64,000 bases of DNA. Origin: Bacteroides sp. (GTDB lineage: Bacteria; Bacteroidota; Bacteroidia; Bacteroidales; Bacteroidaceae). Of this stretch, positions 1-9,795 are shown piece after piece (positions within the stretch are counted from its first letter, which is position 1; each line of letters starts with the position of its first letter). The position numbers and the translations under genes are program-made. Under the pieces are notes generated by a model. The model saw nothing but the letters and a program-made list of their open reading frames with translations, did no database searches and was not told the origin of the DNA. The DNA lies in contig JAVBUC010000063.1 of NCBI GenBank assembly GCA_031555765.1, positions 300 to 64,299 on the forward strand, written 5' to 3'.

Positions 1-154
1 GTTTCAGCTGTTTATTCCCGTTTTTATGTTGTTAAGTTAAATTTATATCTATGTCTTTTAAACAAATGTAACATGCTTTTTGTTGTTATTGTAAAGCCGG
101 AAAAAAGTCTATTTAAAAGATGTAAATAGGCGTCTATATTCCAGTTTTTAGCAT

Positions 155-162
155 TACATTTG
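155..162 (+). promoter_or_regulatory. Bacteroidetes -7 promoter element (TACATTTG)
   Basis: Matches the TAnnTTTG consensus ~30 bp upstream of the ORF at 191. Confidence 0.6.
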
Positions 163-190
163 CGACTGAAATTTTAAGAGTAATAGAACA

Positions 191-607
191 ATGAAGGCTA
201 CTGTAAAGTTCATAGGAATTTGTCTTTTATTTATGTTGATATTCAACGTAAACGGGAGGGCTATGGAAGTATCCGGAGTTTCTACTACTGCTTGTCAATT
301 TGTGAAAGGAACAGAAGAATGTCACACGCTCGGTCAGGAGAAAGCTTTCGATGCCAACATCTGGCACTCTCTTTCTACATCGGACATTGAGCTGGGAGCA
401 AAACTAGCTAACGAATTTCAAAACGCCAATACAAATAATCAACGAAACCGACGTTTGCTAGAACAAATAGTACTGTTTACAGGACTATATGAAACCCTTC
501 TAAAGGATGGTTTGTTACCAGATGGCAGAAGGCTTTTCGTGACTACTCCTGTTGTTCTATTCGGCTCTGATTATTACATCTTCGCGCTAAGGCGTATTCT
601 CATTTAA
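191..607 (+). CDS. Small secreted hypothetical protein leading the exbB operon; possible regulatory leader
   Basis: N-terminal signal-like segment (MKATVKFIGICLLFMLIF), C-terminus DYYIFALRRILI, own promoter. Confidence 0.7.
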   Translation: MKATVKFIGICLLFMLIFNVNGRAMEVSGVSTTACQFVKGTEECHTLGQEKAFDANIWHSLSTSDIELGAKLANEFQNANTNNQRNRRLLEQIVLFTGLYETLLKDGLLPDGRRLFVTTPVVLFGSDYYIFALRRILI

Positions 608-783
608 TCTTCATTTCTCTTTTTATGCTGCGACCCATAACCGGGTTGTAATACAATCGTTGTGCCCGGGCATTTCATAAAATACCCTTGTACATCACTC
701 TATTGTAGTGTTGTGCCACATCCTTATTACCCAAGAATTACTATTAAATTTTATATTCAATCAATTTAAAAACTAAAATTATT

Positions 784-1605
784 ATGGAAACTACTCAAAA
801 AGTACAAAAAAAGACTTCTGGTTTTAGCGGTATTAAAGCTGCTGGGTTAGTAATTGTTTGCTGCTTCGTGCTTGCAATCTGCATCTACGAGTTCTTGTAT
901 GGTAACCCGGGTAACTTTGTGAACAATGACCCGAATAATCACCCGCTCCAAGGTAACTTCTTGGGAACAATCTATAAAGGGGGTGTCATCGTACCTGTCA
1001 TCCAGACTTTGTTGCTTACTGTATTGGCATTGAGTATCGAACGCTATTTCGCTCTGCGTACAGCTTACGGTAAAGGTTCATTGACGAAGTTTGTAGCAAA
1101 CATCAAAGCTGCCTTGAATGCAGGCGACTTGAAGAAAGCGCAGGAAATCTGCGACAAGCAAAAAGGCTGTGTAGCTAACGTAGTAACAGCTACTTTAAAG
1201 AAGTACGATGAAATGGAAAAAGATGCAATTTTGGCGAAAGACCAGAAACTGCTGGCTATCCAGAAAGAGCTGGAAGAAGCTACTGCCCTCGAAATGCCGA
1301 TGATGCAACAGAATCTTCCGATTATCGCTACGATCACTACACTGGGTACGTTGATGGGGCTTCTCGGAACTGTAATCGGTATGATCCGTTCATTTGCTGC
1401 TTTGGCATCTGGTGGTTCGGGCGACTCTCTGGCTCTGTCACAAGGTATCTCTGAAGCTTTGATCAACACTGCTTTCGGTATCTTGACTGGTGCTTTGGCC
1501 GTTATCTCTTATAACTATTTCACTAACAAGATTGACAAGTTGACGTATTGCCTCGACGAGGTAGGTTTCTCAATCGTGCAGACATACGCTGCTACTCATA
1601 AGTAA
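784..1605 (+). CDS. exbB: MotA/TolQ/ExbB proton channel protein
   Basis: TLGTLMGLLGTVIGMI and GISEALINTAFG transmembrane motifs. Confidence 0.95.
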   Translation: METTQKVQKKTSGFSGIKAAGLVIVCCFVLAICIYEFLYGNPGNFVNNDPNNHPLQGNFLGTIYKGGVIVPVIQTLLLTVLALSIERYFALRTAYGKGSLTKFVANIKAALNAGDLKKAQEICDKQKGCVANVVTATLKKYDEMEKDAILAKDQKLLAIQKELEEATALEMPMMQQNLPIIATITTLGTLMGLLGTVIGMIRSFAALASGGSGDSLALSQGISEALINTAFGILTGALAVISYNYFTNKIDKLTYCLDEVGFSIVQTYAATHK

Positions 1606-1634
1606 TTGTGCGAACCCTTCTAAAATAAAAAATC

Positions 1635-2240
1635 ATGGGTAGAGCAAAAATTAAAAAGAAAGATACGTTCATTGACATGACGGCCATGAGTGACGTTACC
1701 GTACTTTTGCTTACCTTTTTTATGTTGACTTCGACCTTCGTAAAAAAGGAACCAATTGTGGTAGCGACACCCGCCTCGGTCTCTGAAATAAAAATCCCCG
1801 AAACGAATATCCTCCAGATTCTGGTGGATCCCCAGGGGAAGATATTTATGAGTATGGACAAACAGAGTGACATGAAGGCCACTCTGGAAGCTATGGGACA
1901 AGAGTATGGTGTGAGTTTCGATCCGAAGGAGGAAAAAGCCTTTTCGCTGTTGCCTACATTCGGTGTACCAATGAAAAGTATGAAGACCTATTTGAACCTG
2001 CCCGGCGAAAAGCAGGATGCTGTTCTGAAAAATGAAGGCATTCCCTGCGATAGCATCGACAATCAGTTCAAAGCTTGGGTACGTAATGCACGCGCAACAA
2101 ATAGTGAACTGCGTATTGCTATTAAGGCCGACGCTTCTACACCCTACTCTGTAATAAAGAATGTTATGAATTCACTTCAGGACCTCAGAGAGAACAGGTA
2201 CAACCTGATCACTTCTCTGAAAACTACTTCTGAAGAATAA
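1635..2240 (+). CDS. exbD: ExbD/TolR family protein
   Basis: IDMTAMSDVTVLLLTFFML TM helix with conserved Asp; IKAD motif. Confidence 0.93.
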   Translation: MGRAKIKKKDTFIDMTAMSDVTVLLLTFFMLTSTFVKKEPIVVATPASVSEIKIPETNILQILVDPQGKIFMSMDKQSDMKATLEAMGQEYGVSFDPKEEKAFSLLPTFGVPMKSMKTYLNLPGEKQDAVLKNEGIPCDSIDNQFKAWVRNARATNSELRIAIKADASTPYSVIKNVMNSLQDLRENRYNLITSLKTTSEE

Positions 2241-2254
2241 AAACGTATGGAACT

Positions 2255-2911
2255 ATGAGTGCAGAAGTACAACAAAGTGATAATGACAAAAAAGGCAAGA
2301 AGACCAAGCAAAAGAAAATGAGTGTTCGCGTAGACTTTACGCCGATGGTGGACATGAACATGTTGCTAATCACCTTCTTTATGCTTTGTACCTCGTTGAG
2401 CAAACCGCAAACGATGGAGATAAGCATGCCCAGTAATGAAAAGGACCTCACCGAAGAACAGCAAACTAAAGTAAAAGCTTCACAAGCACTTACTTTACTG
2501 CTGGGAAAAGATAATAAGCTGTATTATTACGAGGGTGAGCCCAACTATAAGGACTATTCTTCCCTGAAGGAATCTTCTTATGATGCCGATGGACTGCGCG
2601 CACTTCTTTTGAAGAAGAATGCTCCGGCCGTGCGCGAAGTGAGAGAACTGAAAGCGAAGAAAGCTAACCTGGAAATATCGGAAGAGGATTTTAAGACGCA
2701 AGTTGCCGAAATTAAAAACGGAAAAGATACGCCTGTTGTCATCATCAAGGCTACAGACGATGCTACTTATATGAATCTGATCGATGCGCTGGATGAAATG
2801 CAGATATGCGATATAGGTAAATATGTGATTGCACAGATTGCCGATGCCGACGAGTTCTTGCTGAAGAACTACGAAACGCAAGGGCAGCTCTCAGCCAATA
2901 TTGCAGAATAA
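2255..2911 (+). CDS. exbD: ExbD/TolR family protein (second copy)
   Basis: VDFTPMVDMNMLLITFFML motif. Confidence 0.93.
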   Translation: MSAEVQQSDNDKKGKKTKQKKMSVRVDFTPMVDMNMLLITFFMLCTSLSKPQTMEISMPSNEKDLTEEQQTKVKASQALTLLLGKDNKLYYYEGEPNYKDYSSLKESSYDADGLRALLLKKNAPAVREVRELKAKKANLEISEEDFKTQVAEIKNGKDTPVVIIKATDDATYMNLIDALDEMQICDIGKYVIAQIADADEFLLKNYETQGQLSANIAE

Positions 2912-2937
2912 AGTTCCACTAATAAAAGAGTAAAAAA

Positions 2938-3753
2938 ATGGCAAAATTAGATTTGACATCTCATGAATGGTGCGAACTGATATTTCAAGGCAAAAATCAT
3001 GAGTATGGCGCATATAAAATGCGCGAAGATTCAGCGAAGAGACACAATCTGGCAATGTTGATAGTGGTGATCATTGCGGCTGTTGCCCTGTGTATCCCTA
3101 CTTTGGTGAAGTGGGCTACACCCAAGCAAAAAGAAGTAATGACCGAAGTTACGACACTCTCGCAACTGGACGAACCGGAGGTGAAACAAGACGAAATGAA
3201 GAAAGTAGAACCGGTGGCACCGCCTCCTCCCGCTTTGAAGAGTTCGATCAAGTTTACCGCACCGGTCATCAAGAAAGACGAAGAAGTGCGTGAGGAAGAC
3301 GAAATCAAGAGCCAGCAAGAACTGACCAATACGAAAGTGGCCATCTCCATTGCCGACGTGAAAGGTAACGACGAAGTAGGAGGAAAGGATATTGCCGACC
3401 TCAAACAAGTGGTGACCCAGGCGGAACCGGCCAAAGAAGAAGTCTTCGATATGGTGGAGCAGATGCCTACCTTCCCTGGCGGCAATGCTGAATTGATGGC
3501 GTTTATCGGTAAAAACCTGAAATACCCTACCATCGCTCAGGAAAACGGAACGCAAGGACGTGTTATCTGCCAGTTTGTGGTAGGTCGCGACGGACAGGTG
3601 CGCGACGTGACTGTGGTTCGTTCAGTAGACCCTTACTGTGATAAGGAAGCCATCCGTGTTATCCAATCGATGCCGAAATGGATCCCCGGAAAGCAGAATG
3701 GTAAGGCGGTAGCTGTGAAGTACACAGTACCTATTGTGTTTAAATTAAGCTAA
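2938..3753 (+). CDS. tonB: Energy transducer TonB
   Basis: TM anchor, Pro-rich linker, TonB_C domain (MPTFPGG...LKYP..AQENGTQGRV...WIPGKQNG). Confidence 0.93.
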   Translation: MAKLDLTSHEWCELIFQGKNHEYGAYKMREDSAKRHNLAMLIVVIIAAVALCIPTLVKWATPKQKEVMTEVTTLSQLDEPEVKQDEMKKVEPVAPPPPALKSSIKFTAPVIKKDEEVREEDEIKSQQELTNTKVAISIADVKGNDEVGGKDIADLKQVVTQAEPAKEEVFDMVEQMPTFPGGNAELMAFIGKNLKYPTIAQENGTQGRVICQFVVGRDGQVRDVTVVRSVDPYCDKEAIRVIQSMPKWIPGKQNGKAVAVKYTVPIVFKLS

Positions 3754-3760
3754 TACAGGT

Positions 3761-4720
3761 ATGTTAATGAAGGAACAATTTCGGATAATGGGAATGGCTG
3801 CTTTGGTAGTACTCGCGGTAGCCTGTAAACCAAGGCCTAATAAGGACGGACACACGGATACGAATTCATCGGGAACCATCATGGTTGCTGTGGACGAGAG
3901 TTTTCGCCCGATCATTCAGGAGGAAGTGGATGTGTTCGAAGCACTTTATCCCTTAACCGAAATTGTTTCTCGTTACACAACGGAGGTGGATGCCATCAAC
4001 CTGCTGCTGAAAGACAGTGTGCGACTGGCTATTGCTACCCGCATGCTCACTCCTGAAGAGTTGGAGTCTTTTCACAGCCGGAAATTTGAACCGAGAGCCA
4101 TCAAGATTGCAACAGACGGACTGGCATTGATCGTGAACCGGCAAAATCCGGATTCATTGATCAGCGTGCGCGACATTCGCCGGATCCTGGGTGGCGAAGT
4201 GAAGAGTTGGAAAGAAATCTATCCTACTTCCAAGTTGAAGGATATTACTGTGGTGTTTGACAATAAGAACTCCAGTACGGTTCGTTTCGCTATTGATTCG
4301 ATTTGCAAAGGGACGCCGCTGTCGGCTACCGAGGTGAAAGCCGTGCAGACCAATCCGCAGGTGATCGACTATGTAGCTCAGACTCCCGGTGCCATCGGGG
4401 TGATCGGGGTGAACTGGTTGGGCAACCGCAATGACTCTACCAAGCTTTCTTTCCGTGATGAAGTTCGGGTGATGGCGGTAAGTGCAGAAGATATGCCTAC
4501 GGTGGAAAATAGTTTCAAACCGTATCAGGCTTATCTGTACTATGGAGACTATCCGTTGGCGAGACCTATCTACGCTTTATTGAACGACCCTCGCAATGCA
4601 TTGCCCTGGGGGCTCGCTTCATTCATTACATCCGACAAAGGGCAGCGGATAATTTTAAAATCAGGACTTGTGCCCGCTACCCAGCCTGTGCGCATAGTCA
4701 ATATTAGGGACAAAAAATAA
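3761..4720 (+). CDS. PstS-like substrate-binding lipoprotein
   Basis: Lipobox-like LAVAC; VDESF, IATDGLALIVN, YPLARPIY and GQRIILKSGLVP motifs of the PBP_like_2 fold. Confidence 0.85.
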   Translation: MLMKEQFRIMGMAALVVLAVACKPRPNKDGHTDTNSSGTIMVAVDESFRPIIQEEVDVFEALYPLTEIVSRYTTEVDAINLLLKDSVRLAIATRMLTPEELESFHSRKFEPRAIKIATDGLALIVNRQNPDSLISVRDIRRILGGEVKSWKEIYPTSKLKDITVVFDNKNSSTVRFAIDSICKGTPLSATEVKAVQTNPQVIDYVAQTPGAIGVIGVNWLGNRNDSTKLSFRDEVRVMAVSAEDMPTVENSFKPYQAYLYYGDYPLARPIYALLNDPRNALPWGLASFITSDKGQRIILKSGLVPATQPVRIVNIRDKK

Positions 4721-4736
4721 CTAAAATTACTTTACA

Positions 4737-6164
4737 ATGAGACGCATTCAATTATTTTTAGCAGGAGTATTTGTAGCTGTAAGCTCACTTTGCGCTCAAA
4801 CCGAAGACTGGCAAGCTGAAATTGCTAAAATCAAAGGAATGATTGCAACGAATACGGTGCAGGCTGTGCAAGAAGCCGACCAGCTGGTCAAAGGAAAAAA
4901 CAAAAAGAATCTGGACTTGTATGCCGCTATCTCTTATTCTTTCCTGGAAAACGGAAAGATCGTCGAGGCCGAAAAGTACCTCGCCATGGGACAGAAAGTG
5001 AATAATAAATCGGCCCTGTTGTCGGTATTGGCTGGTGATATAGCCGTTGCCAAGAAAGAACCGGGCATCGCTTGCCAGGCATACGAACAAGCGATCTATT
5101 ACGATGCAACGTGCGAAGAAGCATACGTCAAATTCGCCGATGTGTACAAGGGCGCAAGCTCACAGATGGCCATTGAAAAGCTGGAACAGCTGAAAGCAAT
5201 GAACCCTCAGAGTGTTGTTGCCGACAAGAAACTGGCCGAAATCTATTATCGGTACAATAAATTCGGTCAAGCCGCTGAAGCTTATGCCAGTTTCATTAAT
5301 AAACCCGAAGCAACCGAAGACGACATCATGAAGTATTCGTTCACGTTGTTTTTGAACAAAGATTTTACCAAGTCACTCGAAGTGGCCCAGATGGGGTTGC
5401 AGCGCAATCCTCGTAAAGCTGCTTTCAACCGGTTGGTTATGTACAACTATACCGATTTGAAAAACTATGACGAAGCTTTGAAAGCTGCCGATGCTTTCTT
5501 CAACGCATCTGACAAAGCCGACTACTCGAGCTTGGACTATAAGTATTACGGACACTTGTTGTTGGCTACTGAAAACTATAATGGAGCTATTGATGCTTTC
5601 AAGAAAGCCATCGACCTGGATCCGAATCAAACCGATTTGTGGCTCTTGGTATCCGACGCTTATGAGCGTGGAAACCAGTTTGTAGATGCCATCAGTACAT
5701 TCAACCAATATTACAGTTCACTGCCTGCTGACAAGCAAACACCCGACTTGCAGCTGCAATTAGGAAAACTGTATTACTCGGAAGCCACCAGCACTGACTC
5801 AGTGGCTGTTACTCCCGAGATGCGGTTGACTGCTTTAACTTCTGCCGATTCAGTATTTACAGTGCTAGCCAATGTGGCTCCGGATAGCTACCTGGGTAAC
5901 CTCTGGCGTGCACGTACCAACTCGGTACTCGACCCTGAAACTACCCAAGGACTGGCCAAACCGTTCTACGAACAAGTGGCCGAGTTGCTGATTAGCAAGA
6001 ACGACCCGCGATACAATCCGGCGTTGGTAGAGTGCTACAGCTACCTGGGTTACTACTACCTGGTGGCTAACAAGATGACTGAATCGAAAGACTACTGGAA
6101 CAAAATTCTGGCTATAGACCCCGCCAATGCTACTGCCAAAAGAGCGTTGGATGGCATCAAATAG
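4737..6164 (+). CDS. Secreted tetratricopeptide repeat protein
   Basis: Signal peptide; repeated TPR-type helices (AFKKAIDLDPNQ, WNKILAIDPAN). Confidence 0.88.
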   Translation: MRRIQLFLAGVFVAVSSLCAQTEDWQAEIAKIKGMIATNTVQAVQEADQLVKGKNKKNLDLYAAISYSFLENGKIVEAEKYLAMGQKVNNKSALLSVLAGDIAVAKKEPGIACQAYEQAIYYDATCEEAYVKFADVYKGASSQMAIEKLEQLKAMNPQSVVADKKLAEIYYRYNKFGQAAEAYASFINKPEATEDDIMKYSFTLFLNKDFTKSLEVAQMGLQRNPRKAAFNRLVMYNYTDLKNYDEALKAADAFFNASDKADYSSLDYKYYGHLLLATENYNGAIDAFKKAIDLDPNQTDLWLLVSDAYERGNQFVDAISTFNQYYSSLPADKQTPDLQLQLGKLYYSEATSTDSVAVTPEMRLTALTSADSVFTVLANVAPDSYLGNLWRARTNSVLDPETTQGLAKPFYEQVAELLISKNDPRYNPALVECYSYLGYYYLVANKMTESKDYWNKILAIDPANATAKRALDGIK

Positions 6165-6187
6165 TAATAATTTTAGTTGTTTGTCGT

Positions 6188-6228
6188 TGGGAGGAGCGGA
6201 GAGTGATCTTAGCTCCTCCCTTTTTTTA
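6188..6228 (+). terminator. Intrinsic terminator
   Basis: GGGAGGAGC...GCTCCTCCC stem followed by a T tract. Confidence 0.85.
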
Positions 6229-6281
6229 TGCCTTTTTCAATCTTTTTTCCTCTTTTATTTGGTTATCTCAGGAAGATACTC

Positions 6282-6313
6282 TATGTTTGTGGTGTACTAA
6301 TAAACTAATACAC
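6282..6313 (+). promoter_or_regulatory. -7 promoter (TATGTTTG) followed by a YtrA/GntR-type operator palindrome GTGTAcTAataaacTAaTACAC
   Basis: Imperfect inverted repeat just downstream of the promoter of an operon encoding a YtrA-like GntR. Confidence 0.7.
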
Positions 6314-6334
6314 TAAAATTCAAATATTCAATGT

Positions 6335-7192
6335 ATGATGATCACAGTAGAGAATCTTCTTTTTACTTACCGTAGATCAAAACCGGCGGTGCTGAACAAC
6401 TTCTCGCTCACGCTGGAAAAAGGACGGGTTTACGGTTTGCTGGGTAAGAACGGTGCGGGCAAGTCCACGCTGCTTTACCTGATGACTGGGCTGCTTACTC
6501 CCAAGAGTGGGCGAGTGATGTATCACGGCGTCAACGTGCGTCGTCGGTTGCCGGTGACACTGAACGACATGTTCCTGGTACCTGAAGAGTTCGAATTGCC
6601 TCCGGTATCCCTGATTACCTACGTGGAGCTGAACAGCCCGTTCTATCCTCGTTTCAGTAAGGAAGAAATGGTGAAGTACCTGCACTGCTTCGATATGGAG
6701 ATGGATGTGAACCTCGGTGCACTCTCCATGGGGCAGAAGAAAAAAGCGTTTATGAGCTTTGCCTTGGCCACCAACACCTCGCTGCTGCTTATGGACGAGC
6801 CCACCAATGGCCTCGATATCCCGGGCAAGAGCCAATTCCGCAAATTTATCGCTTCGGGTATGACGGACGACAAGACCATTCTGATCTCCACCCATCAGGT
6901 GCGCGACATTGACAAGGCACTGGACCATGTACTGATCATGGACAATAACCGGGTACTGCTCGACGAGCCGATGGCGCGTATCAGCGAGAAAATCTTCTTT
7001 ACCGAGAGCGACGACCGCGACCTGGCCCAGAAGGCATTATACGCCTGGCCATCGGTTCAAGGTAATATGCTGATGCTGCCCAATACGGATGGCGGAGAGT
7101 CCGAAGTAAACCTGGAACTCCTGTTCAATGCCACCTTGACAAAACCACAGGAAGTAGCCGGAATGTTTAACCCTAAAAAAGACGTACAATGA
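6335..7192 (+). CDS. ABC transporter ATP-binding protein (YtrB-like)
   Basis: Walker A GKNGAGKST, signature LSMGQ, Walker B LLLMDEP. Confidence 0.95.
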   Translation: MMITVENLLFTYRRSKPAVLNNFSLTLEKGRVYGLLGKNGAGKSTLLYLMTGLLTPKSGRVMYHGVNVRRRLPVTLNDMFLVPEEFELPPVSLITYVELNSPFYPRFSKEEMVKYLHCFDMEMDVNLGALSMGQKKKAFMSFALATNTSLLLMDEPTNGLDIPGKSQFRKFIASGMTDDKTILISTHQVRDIDKALDHVLIMDNNRVLLDEPMARISEKIFFTESDDRDLAQKALYAWPSVQGNMLMLPNTDGGESEVNLELLFNATLTKPQEVAGMFNPKKDVQ

Positions 7193-8025
7193 TGAAAAAT
7201 ACATGCTTCAGTTGGCACCGTTTCTGGAACCTGTGCCAGAAAGAAATGGTCGAGAGTTGGAAAACGTACGTGCTTCGCTTCGTGTTGATGTATGGCGTAT
7301 TGGTCATTGCTTTTGTCATAAATGGGTTTTCGGTATACAATGAAAGTCGTTCTTCCTGGTATGTGCAACGTGGACTCACTACCGACCCGGCTTGGGATTC
7401 CATCTTCCACATTATGATAATCGGCTTATTTATCTTCAGTTGCATCAGTGCTTCGCTGATCATGGATAGGATGAAGACCAAAACCAGTAGCCTGTCTGTG
7501 TTGTTGACTCCGGTAACTCCCTTCGAGTACTTCTTCTCCCGTTGGATCGTATTTACGGCAGGTTTCCTCGCCGTGTATCTCGTGGCTTATACGTTGGCCG
7601 ACTGGACACGCGTGCTCTTCTTCCTCATGAAAGCCCCCGAGGGCATGATTGTCGAACCGGCCAGCCTGCATCACATCGTTTCAGTCAATCCGTTTGGCAT
7701 ATTTAAAGACGAAGATGGTGCCTCCCGAGTCGCAGGGTTTATAATGGGCTACTTCTTCCTGCAATCTTTCTTTGTGTTGGGAAGTTCCATCTGGCCCAAG
7801 AATTCGTTCCTGAAAACCTTTGCAGCAGGTATTCTGCTAATTATCGTTTTTGCATTGATAGGACAAGCATGCTATGCGCTTGGTGGAGTCAGATCCGCCA
7901 ATGTGGAGATGACGTCAGAGGTTGGAAACCTGATAGCAGGGCTCATTATGGGTGGCTTCATATTGGCCAACTGGGCGCTTGCTTACTACCGATTCAAGGA
8001 GTCGGAGATTATTAACCGTTTCTAA
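7189..8025 (+). CDS. ABC-2 type permease
   Basis: About six hydrophobic helices; start overlaps the ATPase stop. Confidence 0.8.
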   Translation: MMKNTCFSWHRFWNLCQKEMVESWKTYVLRFVLMYGVLVIAFVINGFSVYNESRSSWYVQRGLTTDPAWDSIFHIMIIGLFIFSCISASLIMDRMKTKTSSLSVLLTPVTPFEYFFSRWIVFTAGFLAVYLVAYTLADWTRVLFFLMKAPEGMIVEPASLHHIVSVNPFGIFKDEDGASRVAGFIMGYFFLQSFFVLGSSIWPKNSFLKTFAAGILLIIVFALIGQACYALGGVRSANVEMTSEVGNLIAGLIMGGFILANWALAYYRFKESEIINRF

Positions 8026-8037
8026 AGTCGTAAGTAT

Positions 8038-8406
8038 ATGAATTTTAAAGAAAGCAAAGCTATCTATCTGCAAATAGCAGACAGAATATGCGACGAGATT
8101 CTTCTGGAGCAGTACCCCGAAGAAGAACGGGTGCCTTCGGTACGGGAGTATGCGGCCGTGGTGGAGGTGAATGCCAACACCGTGATGCGGTCGTACGACT
8201 ATCTGCAATCCATCAACATCATCTATAACAAGCGCGGCATCGGCTATTTCGTCTCGCCGGGCGCACCGGAGGAGATCCTTAAGCTGCGTCGGACTCTCTT
8301 TCTGGAAGAGGAGATGAATCTATTTTTCCATCAGATACGTACGCTGAATATTCCTATGGAGGAAATCAGCCGGATGTACCAGGAGTTCTGCGCGAAGGAG
8401 TCATAA
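8038..8406 (+). CDS. GntR family regulator (YtrA subfamily)
   Basis: IYLQIAD...PSVRE.A...VNANTVMRSY...KRGIGYFV winged HTH, short C-terminus. Confidence 0.95.
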   Translation: MNFKESKAIYLQIADRICDEILLEQYPEEERVPSVREYAAVVEVNANTVMRSYDYLQSINIIYNKRGIGYFVSPGAPEEILKLRRTLFLEEEMNLFFHQIRTLNIPMEEISRMYQEFCAKES

Positions 8407-8430
8407 CGTAACAATAAAACAAAGAAAAAC

Positions 8431-9252
8431 ATGAAACGTACAACATATATAATGATAGGTATGCTGCTGGCCAGTTTCGTGGGCTTGGCGGTGCTGATGC
8501 TCACTATTGGTGGAGAAAGAGAAGGATTGAGTCCCGAAATGTGTTTGGGCGATCCGGTCACTATGGATGCAGCTGGCGTAAAAGCCATTCGGATAATAGG
8601 CGATAACCACCATGACGGCGTGGAAGCTCTTTTCTCGACTGCTCTTTTGGTGACAAATGCCCAATCCGGCGAAAAAGGCTCATTTACTTATCCGGAAGCT
8701 GAGTACCTGCAAGTTTCCCGCATGGCCGATACCTTGTTGGTCAGAATTCGGCTGGATGCTATGAAGTTGAGCGACGAGGTCAAAGAACGAGGCCAATTCA
8801 TGATGGGCAATATACAAATGACCCTACAAGCCGAGCCTTCTTTGGTATCTATTGCTAGCCAGGGAGTGAGTTTTGCTCCGATATTGAAACATCTTACGTT
8901 AGATAGTTTGACCATAGACAGCAATATGCTGTCTATGCAATATGGGTACAATTCTATAACTGATTTGCAGGTGGACTCATGTTCGCTGCGCTCATTCCGG
9001 GTTAGTGAAGGTAATGTGTCTTTTAAGGCAAAGGCCAGCCGGATAGGAAACCTCTATCTGAACCTGAATGGCATGTATAATTGGAAGTTAGAGGATTGCG
9101 ACGTAGATACGGAATACCTGAGCGGACAAGGTCGACACTTCGACTGTGTCCTGGAAAAAGGCGAATGCAAGCAGATGTTCTGGCAGCCGGGCGACGAGGA
9201 ATCCACCCTTCAGGTGACGCTGAAAGAGCCGTCGATGGTCATTGTACAGTAA
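8431..9252 (+). CDS. Membrane-anchored hypothetical protein (beta-rich, DUF2807/GIN-like)
   Basis: N-terminal TM segment, repetitive beta-strand pattern; last gene of the Ytr-like operon. Confidence 0.6.
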   Translation: MKRTTYIMIGMLLASFVGLAVLMLTIGGEREGLSPEMCLGDPVTMDAAGVKAIRIIGDNHHDGVEALFSTALLVTNAQSGEKGSFTYPEAEYLQVSRMADTLLVRIRLDAMKLSDEVKERGQFMMGNIQMTLQAEPSLVSIASQGVSFAPILKHLTLDSLTIDSNMLSMQYGYNSITDLQVDSCSLRSFRVSEGNVSFKAKASRIGNLYLNLNGMYNWKLEDCDVDTEYLSGQGRHFDCVLEKGECKQMFWQPGDEESTLQVTLKEPSMVIVQ

Positions 9253-9268
9253 GTACCCTTGGTGAATG

Positions 9269-9315
9269 AAAAACGGGGTGCTCCGTTCGGCAACGATCGG
9301 GGCATTCCGTTTTTT
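9269..9315 (+). terminator. Intrinsic terminator, probably bidirectional
   Basis: AAAACGGGGTGCTCCG...CGGGGCATTCCGTTTTTT. Confidence 0.75.
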
Positions 9316-9335
9316 CGTGAAGAGTTATCACCGGA

Positions 9336-9420
9336 ACACTTGATCAAACGCGCCGGGACACTTGACCAAACGCTCAGAATACTTGATGAAGCGCGCATAA
9401 CACTTGACGAAATTTCGCCG
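9336..9420. repeat. Degenerate 21-22-bp tandem array with ACTTGA cores
   Basis: ACTTGA at 9338, 9360, 9381 and 9402. Confidence 0.75.
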
Positions 9421-9498
9421 GCAATTCAGCACTTTATCCCGATCTACAAAAAGAAAGAAAGGCAACAAATTGTTTCCAATTTATTGCCTTTCAGGTAG

Positions 9499-9571
<73 letters not shown>

Positions 9572-9751
9572 ATGTTTGTGGGTGCAAAAGTAGTGCTTTT
9601 AATTGAGAAAACAAATTATTTGGGGATTATTTTCAATAAAAAGTATATTTCGTAGTTTAGTTACCGTTATAGACACTCTGGATGTTGCCGGTTACTGTAT
9701 ATAAACTGTTAATTTTACGTGCTATTTCTTGTATGGTAGGTAGAAAAGAAT

Positions 9752-9783
9752 TACTTTTGCACACATTAATAAGCAATGTGCAA
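9752..9783 (+). promoter_or_regulatory. -7 promoter (TACTTTTG) overlapping inverted repeat TTGCACA...TGTGCAA, candidate TetR operator
   Basis: Palindrome directly upstream of the tetR gene. Confidence 0.55.
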
Positions 9784-9795
9784 TTCATGTAACCT

